DNA from: Chrysomallon squamiferum
Taxonomy: Eukaryota > Animalia > Mollusca
Direction: 5' to 3'
Assembly: GCA_012295275.1 (NCBI GenBank)
Contig: CM022665.1
Coordinates: 21,080,001 to 21,144,000 of the forward strand
Length of the DNA: 64,000 nucleotides
A program made the translations under genes and the position numbers. A model generated the notes under the pieces. That model was given only the letters and a program-made list of their open reading frames with translations, did no database searches and was not told where the DNA came from. This document shows, in pieces, positions 49,504 to 64,000 of this stretch (its first letter is position 1; each line of letters begins with the position of its first letter).

Positions 49504-49874
49504 AATATTTTCATTTCCAGATAACTAAGTCTGTATAATTAATATGGCCAATAAACCTATTTTTTGTTTTGACATATAAACAAGTAACAGCAACATACTG
49601 AATTAATCATCATGTTGAAGACAGAAAGGACATTAATTATTTCTATACAGTACACATCCAAAAAGATAATTTTTTATTATCTCAGGTGACAAATGACGGG
49701 CGTCAACACGGAAACACAAATGATTCAATTCTTAACATACTGGGAAATTACTACTATTTTACGGAAATACATCTTTTATGTTTAGCTGTTTCATTTAGCC
49801 ACAACATTAAGTATTCACGGAAAAATAATAATTACAATAAATATGAAAACGGAAAGGAAGAAAGAGACAATAAC

Positions 49875-49917
<43 letters not shown>

Positions 49918-50376
49918 TATGCATATATGTTAGTGAAAAAGACTAAGATAAGAAATTCCACTGAATCACAGGAATATATAAAAGAAACAATAAACAAACA
50001 AACAAACAAACAAATAAATAAATAAAATAAAATAAAATATGTCTGTCTACATAGGTATACATAACTCTTTCTCTCAGACTCTGTAAGAGTCTATAATAAT
50101 TAATAATATTATTACCTTTTTAATCTTTAATATAATTATTATTGATGTATCTTTAAATCATCAGCTGTTTACGACTCTCGTAAATGCCTGACAGTCTAAG
50201 TATGTTTCTATAACTCTTTTCTCTCTACATAATCACCACCTTCCTTCTCCTTGTCCGTCTGTTTGTTAATATAATTTAAATGAAGAACAGAAAAAAAGAG
50301 TGTAACTAATTATTCTTTATTTAGTATATAAATACAGTTCTGATACAAATAACTGGATTAAAGATGTGTTTAATCA

Positions 50377-54186
<3,810 letters not shown>

Positions 54187-54245
54187 GATGTGCATTTACA
54201 AAGAGCAAATCAGTCGTCAAGCGTTTAAAATGTACCCGGTTGTCG

Positions 54246-54253
54246 TATTTATA
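54246..54253 (-). promoter_or_regulatory. TATA box of WAP gene A
   Basis: TATAAATA on the minus strand about 60 nt upstream of the ATG at 54186. Confidence 0.6.
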
Positions 54254-54784
54254 CCCGAGTCTGCAACGCGACTGCGCGGATTATTAATTCACGACAATAC
54301 GTTACCCGCTGTTAGATATTCAGCCTAACATTTATTTTGTTGTTGACTTCTTGTACAAAAAAAGTTATGGACGGGTTGAGAGAGGTAATAAAATAGACCA
54401 TTATTTATTTATTTTATAATACATTTTTTATTTTTTTATTATTTTGTATTATGATGATAGAAAATGTATCCTGATTTATTATATATATTTGTGTGTGTAT
54501 ATATGTATGTGTGCGCGCGCGAGTGTGTGTTTGTGTATGTGTGCGTCAGTATGTGTGTATGTGGGTATTAAATTAAAATTATTATTATTATTATTACTGG
54601 TTAAGCTGTACTTAATCTGTAGATATCTAACAGATATCTATGTGTGTATGTGACAGAAAGCTATGTATGAAAACTGAATTAATGACAGTTTGTTTATAAT
54701 TTAAAAGGTACTAAAAAAAAAGAACAATTTATGTCTGTTCTCGCAAGACATATGAATCATTAAGGGACAGAATCTTATATTTGT

Positions 54785-54871
<87 letters not shown>

Positions 54872-55527
54872 ATCTCTGCGTCACTATACCACACCCTACC
54901 AAAATGTTTTCTATTTTCTTTCTTCATTTATTATTATTTTTTATTTTTCTTACAAGGACTGTGTTTGTTTTCAAAATACGCGTAGGAAGTCAACAATTTA
55001 TCAACTCACCTATAAAACTCGTCTGACGTCGGTAGTAATATTAAATTTACGTCGTACCCGACTTGGAAAACACATCTATAAAAATATACATCTTCACCTT
55101 TCGTATTTTATATAACAATGTCTGTGGGAAATCTAGTGTTAAAAGCTAATATCGTTAAACATATATCATGCATAGTGAATTTGTTATAATCGAGATCTTC
55201 CACATAAGTTAAAGACGTTTTCCCAGGGCCCAATTTGTTGAAACAACTTGATACCATTTCTAGGTGGGAAATACATTTTGACTAGTAGAAGACACAACAA
55301 CAATCTCTAATTTAAAAAAAAGAAGATTAAATATGTTCTTGTTTTTATTGTTGATGTTGTTATTGTTCTTCATTATCATAATCATCTTCATATTCTTCTT
55401 CTTCATCTTATTATTATTATTACTATTATTTTATTATTAATTTTTAAAAATAACGAAATGGTTAATGCGCTTTCAGGAATTTTTTTTTAGCCGATTTTTA
55501 ATGGGAATACCAGTGAATAAACCAAAA

Positions 55528-55558
<31 letters not shown>

Positions 55559-56714
55559 ATACATAACAAAACCCTCCAACACATACACACAAACCAACAA
55601 ACAAACCAATAAAAGTCAGTTTTCCCAAAACTCATTTTCTTTGCATAAGAATATGTAGTAACGCAACATTAATTCGTTACATTCTTAGATTACAAACACA
55701 TTTAGTGTCTCACTGAAGTCTAAGTTTACAATGATTTTTCAGGAATTGTTAAATATTCTTTTCACCTGATTTCTGAAATCTCACGTCACGACGTTTTCCA
55801 GACAAGACGAATGTCTGTATTAGTCATTTGTAAACACACAGAGGATTAGCTGATAAAAGAGTTTTATGTGGAATGTCTGTATCATAATTTATAATCACGT
55901 GACATGACAGCCAACATAAAACATGGGGCGTGAGAACATGGCTTTTTCTTTTGTGTCCAACACGGAAACAGAAAATGTTTTCATTTTTTTTCTTTGTTAA
56001 ACTGCTGCATATGTAAATTTACGCAACAGAGTAATTTATTGTGCATGTTGAGATTACCTGTATCTTTGTGTTTCTTTTCAGTAATGAACATAGTGCTTAT
56101 AACCTTGTATTTCATGGGATAATAACATTTTCTTTTAAGTTTGTGATTTATGTATATGTGAGTGTGCATATGAATAATTGTACAATATATGTGTGTGTAG
56201 GGGGTGCGTATTTGTGTATCTGTGCGTTCGCGTGTGTGTGTGTGTGTGTGTCTGAGTGTTTGAATATTGTTATGTTGTCAAAACAGACACACAGGGCATA
56301 TTGTAATATACAAAAATATATAAAATATTTCTTAATATAATCTATTTACCTAAACACTTCCTACCAACCAACCTGTATATCTATCTATCTGTCTGTCTGT
56401 CTGTCTGTCTATCTGTCTGTCTATCCGTCTATCTATGTCTGTCTGTCTGTGTATCTACCTATTCATCAAAATATATCTAAATATGTGTCTATTTGTAATA
56501 TATCTTTTGTCTATATGTCTATCTGACTGTCTATCTGTCTGCTTGCCTATCGCTTCAGCACCATAATAAAAGTGTACTATAAATTAAACATTTCTCTTCA
56601 TCAGTGATAATTTATAAAACTTACGTAGGAATAGATATCTAACAGAACAATATAAAAATATCTCTTTATAACATTTTTCAAAAATAAATATTATATTTTC
56701 TTTATCGTCTGTGT

Positions 56715-56763
<49 letters not shown>

Positions 56764-57559
56764 TTTGTGTCTGTGTATATACTGAAATGGCTTTTTAGAC
56801 AAAAAAAACAACAACCCCACAACACACAGCAAGACGTTTCACCAAGTGGTGTAGTGAGAACACCGCTTTAGTTATGTCTTTAATCACAGCATGAAAAAGT
56901 AAGGCTCCGATCATCCAAGAAAAACAACACTTTAAGAAATCTTTTGATGTCTGCAGCCTCTTAATCTGTTTTTGTCAAAAAAAATGTTTCTAAAGATTTT
57001 GAGGCTGTACAAATCATTATACTAAATTTATTACTCAGTTTGTTAACAAGTTATTTTGTTCTTTATTTGTTTGTTGACACCTGTATACTCATATCGAGAC
57101 TGTATCAACTCATTTATTATGTTTTTCCTATTAATTTGTTATGAATGAAATAGCTGAGAAGTTGAGGCAGTCCTTCTACTGTCACGAGGTCTACTTGTTT
57201 TGGTTGATCGCAGGATGCGAAGGTCAAGATGTAGCAATGGTCATCACGTCCATTGCTAGGCCTGTCCACTATATCGGACACAGAGAATTACTCTTGCCCG
57301 TCGAAGGCGGCTGCTGTGTGCATGACTGGCATGCATGAACTTTTTGAACGCGGCATGACAAAAAATTACCAATACAAATTATAAAAACATTATTATATTT
57401 GTTGTGGCAGTCCTCCTCTTTATCTAAAATAAAGTTAACATGAACAACCTGTTAAATACTTTTTTATTCAGCTTTTCGTTAAATAGATTCGTTAACATAT
57501 TATAACTTACCGGAAAGTTTTTTAAAATTGAGTGAAAATGTTTTTATGTTTCTATGTTT

Positions 57560-57779
57560 CTTTCTTTTTGTGTATGTTTATAATTATATTGTGTGTATGG
57601 GTGTCTGTGTGTTTTCATGTATGTATGTATGTATGTATGCATGCATATATTTACGTGTGTTTGTGTATATGTGTGTGTATGTTTGCGTATGTATACATTT
57701 TTGTGTATATATATATATGTGTGTATATTTTCGTTTAAATATAGATATGTGTGTAGGTCTAGGTGTATGTGGTGTATGC

Positions 57780-57821
<42 letters not shown>

Positions 57822-58030
57822 GTATGTGTGTATGCATATGTGTGTATTTTCATGTGTGTATGTGTATATGCGTATATTTTGTATGTATATATACGTATGT
57901 GTATATGTATTTATATATGTATAATGTGTACATTTATGTATGTGGGTATAAGTACATATATTTTTTATTTATATGCATGTATGTATATATATATGTATAT
58001 TTATATATGTATATATATATATGTATGTGT
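57560..58030. repeat. Degenerate (TA)/(TG) compound microsatellite
   Basis: Alternating purine-pyrimidine low-complexity tract. Confidence 0.85.
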
Positions 58031-58534
58031 TTTTATTTTTTTGTGTGAACATATGCATTGAGGGGATTTATGCGCGTGTAATACATTCTTGTGTAGTTAT
58101 GTACTGAATAATTATCCTCCTGTTAACATATTACATAAAGAAAATAAAAACAACACATGTAAAATTATGTAAACACATGTAACACACATACCCTCTGACA
58201 CATGCACGCACCAAAGATCGAGAAACAAAAAACAACACTGTGTCAGTTAATATTTGTTTTAAAATATTTTTTATTATTATTAGAAACTGCTTAACATAAG
58301 ATAATTACATGTGCGGTATTCAGTTTTAGTGGAATAATCGTCTCAAGAACGATACAAAATAATGTAGGTGGTAAAAAAAAAGAAAAGAAGAAGGATTCAA
58401 CAAATGAAAGAAAGTTTAATGTTGGCCTGTCTTTTGTTAGAAGAATTACAAACGACAAAAAGGTTGGCGTGTAGATTAGATATCTGACATGAGTGAGAAA
58501 AATAAAGAAAACACCCAGCAAACAAACCTTTAGA

Positions 58535-59117
58535 TATGTACCAGGATATGAAGCAGGGATACATAAATTTATATTCATATATCATAAAAAAAGAAAAAAT
58601 CTCAGATGTAAAAAAAAGGGATACAAAACCCAGATATCATCAGAGATACAAAATTTCATATGTATTGTATGTACCAGAGATAAAAAAAAAACCTCAGATA
58701 TAAAAATGAATACTGAAAACTCAGATATCAGAGTATAGAAAATCTCGTATGGATTGCAAATACCAAAGATACAAAAACTCAAATGTAATATACGTACCAG
58801 GGATACAAAATAAAAATCAGATTTGAATTAAAGACGCAAAAACACATTTATATTACTTGTACAAGGCATACAGTAGCTGAGATGAGAAATAGGTATACAG
58901 AAAACTAACAAAATGGCATGTACCGTGGATACAAGAACTCAGATATAATACAAGGATACAAAAACTCATTTAAAATATTTGTACCATGGGTACAAGAACT
59001 CAGATATAAAAAAGGGATACATAAACTTATTTAAAATATTTGTACCATGGGTACAAGAACTCAGATATAAAAAAGGGATACAAAAAACTCATTTAAAAAT
59101 GCAGGTACCATGGGTAC
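58535..59117. repeat. Tandem array of about 60 bp beginning inside the last codons of WAP gene B
   Basis: gtaccatgggtacaagaactcagatataaaaaagggatacaaaaactcatttaaaatattt; copies decay with distance from the exon. Confidence 0.85.
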
Positions 59118-60369
59118 GGCTCGACACACTTCAAGCCTGGACACGTCGTGTTACAACACTTACTGATGGACGGACAGTCTCCGTCGTCCTGACACGAATT
59201 ATTAGTGCACGACGACACACCCGTCCACGGGGGACACACACCAGGTTTGTCTGTAACAGAAAACGTCACTTTAGAAAACATTTTTATAAATATAGAAAAC
59301 ACTTTAATAAATTTAGAATACATCACTATAGAAAACACTGTTTTATAAATATAGAAAACATCACTATAGAAAACACTGTTTTATAAATATAGAAAACTGT
59401 TTTATAAATATAGAAAACACTGTTATATAAATATAGAAAACACTGTTTTATAAATATAGAAAACATTATTTTATAAATATAGAAAACACTGTTTTATAAA
59501 TACAGAAAACATTGTTTTATAAATACAGAAAACAGTGTTATATAAATATAGAAAACACTGTTTTATAAATATAGAAAACACTGTTATATAAATACAGAAA
59601 ACACTGTTTTATAAACATAGAAAACATCATTACAATATAGAAGACATTATAATAATACAGAAACAATCAACTATTATATAGAACAGATGTTTATGAATAT
59701 AGAAAACGTCATTGTAATACAGAAAAAAGATTTATAATATACAAAATATCATTATAATGGAGAAACTACTTTTATAAATATAGAAAACATTATTATAAAC
59801 ATAAAAAAAAAAACATCATTGTAATAGAGGGAAAACCATTATAATAGACAAAATGTCATTACAATACAGAAAACACAATTATAATATAATAGATTATAAT
59901 AGAAAAGACATTTATTATAGAAAATATTATAAATATAGTAAACATTAATATGAATGCAGAAAACATCATTATAATAGAAAAAAATACTGGTATAGATATG
60001 GAAAACATCACTGTAATAGAGAAAACACTATTATATATAAAGAAAACGTTGCAATACAGAAAACACTATTACAATACAAAAAAAACAACAACAACAACAT
60101 GACTATAATATAGAAAATACAGTCATAAAAATAGAAAATATGATTGTAAATATAGAAAACACACACATACAACCATATATAAATATTGTTACTTACTTTT
60201 GCACTTGGATTTATCAAGGCAGCATTTCTGTATTTTCACCCCTTTACCGCTAAATGTGACACACTTAGACCCGGGGGGACAGTCTCCCTTTTTAGCACAC
60301 TGCAGATGTCTGCCTTCACTGTCAGTCACAGGCGATCCAAACCGACAGATGTTTAGAGCTGGGTCAACT

Positions 60370-60415
<46 letters not shown>

Positions 60416-61061
60416 GAAGAAGAAGAAGAAGAAGAAGAACAACAACAACAACAACAACAACAACTACAACATTTATAATAATAATAATAATAATAATAAT
60501 AGTGATGATGATAAGAAAGTAATAAAGATGATAGTGATAATAATAATAATGTTTTTGATGATGATGATGACATTGATTATTATGATTATAATGTTGACGA
60601 TGATAATAGTAGTGGTAGTAATAACAATAACAACAACAACAATAATAATAATAATAATGATGGAGCTGGTGTGAGAATAATGATGTTGATGACATTAATA
60701 CATAAATGAACGATGATAAGATAAGATAAATAAATAATCAAATATAATATATCACAAAACTGTCTTCAACCGAGAGCGCCCGGGGCACTCAGCATATAAC
60801 AGCTGAACGAAAAGAAAGCAAAGACAAGGCGGACAGACAAACAAACATACACTTACCCATACAGACTGGTTTTAGCGGACACGGGTGTGATTTACATGTG
60901 GTGTCTGTCGTAATAAAACATTTCTGATGAAAAGCACAATCAATGTTCTGAAAAAAAAGAAAAAAAGAAATAAAAAAAAGAATTTCCGTAGATTACTGAA
61001 TTCATATCTCACAGACAGCTGTCAGAATAGAATGTTAAAACGGTGATATTTTTAAAATCGG

Positions 61062-61113
<52 letters not shown>

Positions 61114-61549
61114 TTGCTTTTAATTATGTTGAAATATTATCGCCGAAATTTTCAGCTATTTTTAACGTCATTGCATCGACAGAAAATGTAAACATATCTC
61201 ATTTTCAAACATAGACCAGCAGTCTAAGTTATTGGCATGAATAAAAGTAGTAATAAGTAATAATCTTCCACTTTGACAAATATTATGGTTGATGATGTGT
61301 GTATCACGTGACTTACCATACAAGGATCGCAGTGTTCAATTGGTTTCCCCAGCCACGGATGCCATCTTACCAGTGAACTGACTTCACTCAACACCAACAA
61401 AACGATTACCTGGAAATAGGCAGCTTCTTTAAAACTCGGAAAGCTTCGGTAAATACCGTAATGTTAATTATGTGACAGACATAAATATTCGTAGAATTTC
61501 ACATCTGTATTTTAAAACAAATATATATATATATATAAAACAAAACATC

Positions 61550-61592
<43 letters not shown>

Positions 61593-62043
61593 TAGCTAGA
61601 TAGATAGATAGATAGACAGATAGATAGATAGACAGACAGATAAATAAATAAAATAATAATAATAACAAAAAATATACAGCTTTTTAGAATATATAATTAT
61701 TAAAAAAGGAAATAGAATTAATCTATTATTAAACTAAATTATCAATATAACAAAACAAAACAAAATCATGTAAAATATAAAAAAATAAATAAAGAAATAA
61801 AGAAATAAAATAAAATAAAAATGAATTAATGAATGAAAGAATAAATAATAAAAAAAAACAAATTAAACTAAAAACATTAAAATATGAAACACAATATCAC
61901 AAAATAAATCGTATAGAACAGAATAGAATAAAATCAACAACAACAGTAAAACAAAATAAAACAATAAATAAATACATAAAAATAAATAAATACGAAGAAA
62001 TAAAATAAAACGTTACCGAAAGAAAAACAATTGCTGTCTTCAT
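59093..62043 (-). CDS. Secreted Cys-rich WAP-domain protein, paralog B (same architecture as A), about 179 aa; last residues uncertain
   Basis: Exons (minus): 62043-62017 (MKTAIVFLS), 61409-61317 (VIVLLVLSEVSSLVRWHPWLGKPIEHCDPCM), 60947-60857 (NIDCAFHQKCFITTDTTCKSHPCPLKPVCM), 60367-60197 (VDPALNICRFGSPV...CAKKGDCPPGSKC...KCCLDKSKCK), 59250-59093 (NKPGVCPPWTGVSSCTNNSCQDDGDCPSISKCCNTTCPGLKCVEPYPWYLHF*). Same exon number and phases as paralog A. Confidence 0.87.
59251..60170. repeat. 23-bp minisatellite filling intron 4 of WAP gene B
   Basis: atagaaaacactgttttataaat, homogeneous at 59330-59625 and degenerate beyond; unit contains the inverted repeat aaaaca-c-tgtttt. Confidence 0.88.
60371..60695. 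repeat. Compound trinucleotide microsatellite (AAT)(AAG)(AAC)(GAT)
   Basis: Successive in-phase triplet runs next to the exon 4 acceptor of gene B. Confidence 0.9.
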
Positions 62044-62649
62044 TGTTGTTGTTTTTTGTCCACTAATCACGTAACTCACATCTTGCAGATAAATGGCCTC
62101 ATCTGACCTACTTTTTATCAGTTAACCAATCGGAGTCGCGTCTTCTCATGTACATACATTCTGACCCTACCTTCTATAACAGCAGACAGTAGAAACGCAC
62201 ATCTTAAACCAGATTATATTAAAAACAAAACTGAATGAATTAATTAATTAATTAACAAATAAATAAATAAATAAATAAAAATATAAACAAAAAAAACATG
62301 TTAATAAATATTATCGATATGCATGTTCATTTAATTTCAACAAAAGAAACAGAAACTTTTTTTTTTAAATACAGTTTCACTAACGGAAAAGGGACATAAT
62401 CGATAATTTTACATATTGAATCAGTCGTAGAATTACTGCCCTTTACAGAACGGAGGTCATCTGCTAGTATACTGAGTTCTGGTGAATTTCTTTTGTTTGC
62501 AACTATATTCTCTCTGGAAGACAGATGGCAGTTATCTAAGAGCGTTATTATTTAAAAGTGACAAAACCATTACGGGACATAATTTCTTGTCATTTATTTA
62601 TTTCCTATTTATTCTACTTCTTCTTCTTTTGTAATGATGACAAATTTAG

Positions 62650-62698
62650 AAAACATATCTCTGTCTCATCTCTGTTTCTCTTTATTTCTATCTCATTT

Positions 62699-62791
<93 letters not shown>

Positions 62792-62980
62792 CTCTTCATT
62801 TCATTTTCTCTCTCGCTCTCCTCTCTGTCTCTTATTTTCAGTCTGTGTTTCTCTGTCTCTGCTTCTTTCTCTCTCTCGAACTGCCCATCTCTCTTTTTAT
62901 ATGTCATTCTTTATCTCTCGCTCTGACTCTCTCTATCTCTGTTTGACTCACTCTCTTTACCTCTTTCTCGCTCTCACTCA
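62650..62980. repeat. (CT)n microsatellite with degenerate flanks
   Basis: Pure CT at 62700-62780 within a pyrimidine-rich tract. Confidence 0.85.
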
Positions 62981-63164
62981 AGGAAACATTAATTTTATTG
63001 AAACATTTGGCATCTAAGTAAACATACACGTAAATAAACAAAAAATAAAGACCAAATAGCAAAGATATAAACTTGAAAGAAAAAAACAACAAAACAACAT
63101 CATAAACAACAACAAATAAATAAAAACGGACATTCGTTATTTCCAACTAAAAACAGTAAAAGAG

Positions 63165-63680
63165 AATATTAATTTATCTATAAATATTAATTTATTTAAA
63201 AATATTAATTTATCTATAAATATTAATTTATCTTTAATATTAATTTATCTATAAATATTAATTTATCTATAACATTAATATATCTATAAACGTGTGGCGG
63301 CATAGGATAACCAGTCAGATGTCGCACAATGCAATTTTGAGTTACAGCTATTAATGCAGAGAAATGTTTTGTGAACAGACCTAATTCTCTGATACAAAAT
63401 CTGTAATTATTCTGAATGTTTTAATATGATTTGGATAATTTCAGAAAGTATTTAGATCTGTAGAATGTGGTTTATCTTATTCCATAAAAATCTGAATTTT
63501 TATCATTTTCACCATGTGACTGGTTATCCTATGCCACCACACAAATATTAAAGATTAATTTAGCTATAACTATTAATCATCTATAAATATTAATGTATCT
63601 AAAAATATTTATTTATTTATAAATATTGATTTATCAAAAAATATTAATTTGTCTACAAATATTAATTAAATTATTAATTT
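63165..63680. repeat. 18-bp minisatellite interrupted by a MITE
   Basis: aatattaatttatctata repeated on both sides of 63291-63543. Confidence 0.85.
63291..63543. mobile_element. Unclassified MITE of about 250 bp inserted in an 18-bp minisatellite
   Basis: TIRs gtgtggcggcataggataaccagtca / tgactggttatcctatgccaccacac (25 of 26 complementary); apparent 2-3 bp (AA/AAA) duplication of the host repeat. Confidence 0.82.
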
Positions 63681-63745
63681 CCGATTAGATTTTATTAAAC
63701 CTTTTGCAGCACTGTTTTGGTTTTTTTTTAAATTTATTTATTTGT

Positions 63746-63831
<86 letters not shown>

Positions 63832-64000
63832 TTGTCTGATCTTGCAAGATCAGATGTGAACAGTTAATAAAATAAAAGCATTTCAGTTCGATGAATATTT
63901 AAATAAACAGCATCAACAAAAAATAGCTTTGAACAGAATTATAGGGTGTCAAAAACAAATAGATAAATAAATAAAAAAAGAAAGAAACAAGAGAAAAAAT

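Noticed and set aside
57330-57375. Sm-site-like words (AATTTTTTG on minus, AACTTTTTGA on plus) suggesting an snRNA or SL RNA
   Set aside because: No recognisable U1/U2/U4/U5/U11/U12 or spliced-leader sequence around them; such words are common in AT-rich DNA.
57200-57423. Selenocysteine reading of the split TGA in gene B with downstream hairpins as a SECIS
   Set aside because: TGA would be followed directly by TAA, and no stem shows the AUGA/GA quartet with an apical AA at proper spacing.
57528-58061. Overlapping 68-177 aa Cys/Val/Tyr-rich ORFs
   Set aside because: Artefacts of a degenerate (TA)/(TG) microsatellite.
59330-59625. Regular 23-bp repeats with an internal palindrome, superficially CRISPR-like
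   Set aside because: Units are head-to-tail with no unique spacers, inside a eukaryotic intron, with no cas genes.

Overview
AT-rich, intron-rich animal genomic DNA, most likely from a mollusc (possibly a gastropod; this is an inference from a MetaSINE-like relic and lustrin/WAP-type genes). I reconstructed five protein-coding genes by hand, all with phase-consistent GT-AG splicing. (1) The 3' 23 coding exons of afadin/canoe (+, 1-28914; RA2, FHA, Dilute, PDZ, long Pro/Gln-rich region, F-actin-binding tail). (2) A complete ORC4 (-, 40483-32882, 442 aa), convergent with afadin. (3) A complete SURF6 (-, 45323-42004, 361 aa). (4-5) Two tandem paralogous 5-exon genes (-, 54186-50377 and 62043-59093) for small secreted proteins with 22 Cys, arranged as signal peptide / Trp-rich N-terminus / follistatin-N-like module / lustrin-type Cys module / WAP domain. 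Transposon relics include a Harbinger-type element with a MADF exon, a hAT Buster/Charlie deletion derivative, a Tigger/pogo derivative, several MITEs and a SINE. The strongest unexplained pattern: at about a dozen exon borders in four of the genes, the splice junction itself has been tandemly copied into the intron, leaving decoy splice sites. Also notable are a 58-bp patch copied from one WAP-gene intron into a transposon 7.7 kb away, a cluster of DR1 elements, and an apparent CpG-content boundary at a CTCF-like site near 47.2 kb. No rRNA, tRNA or CRISPR array was found.
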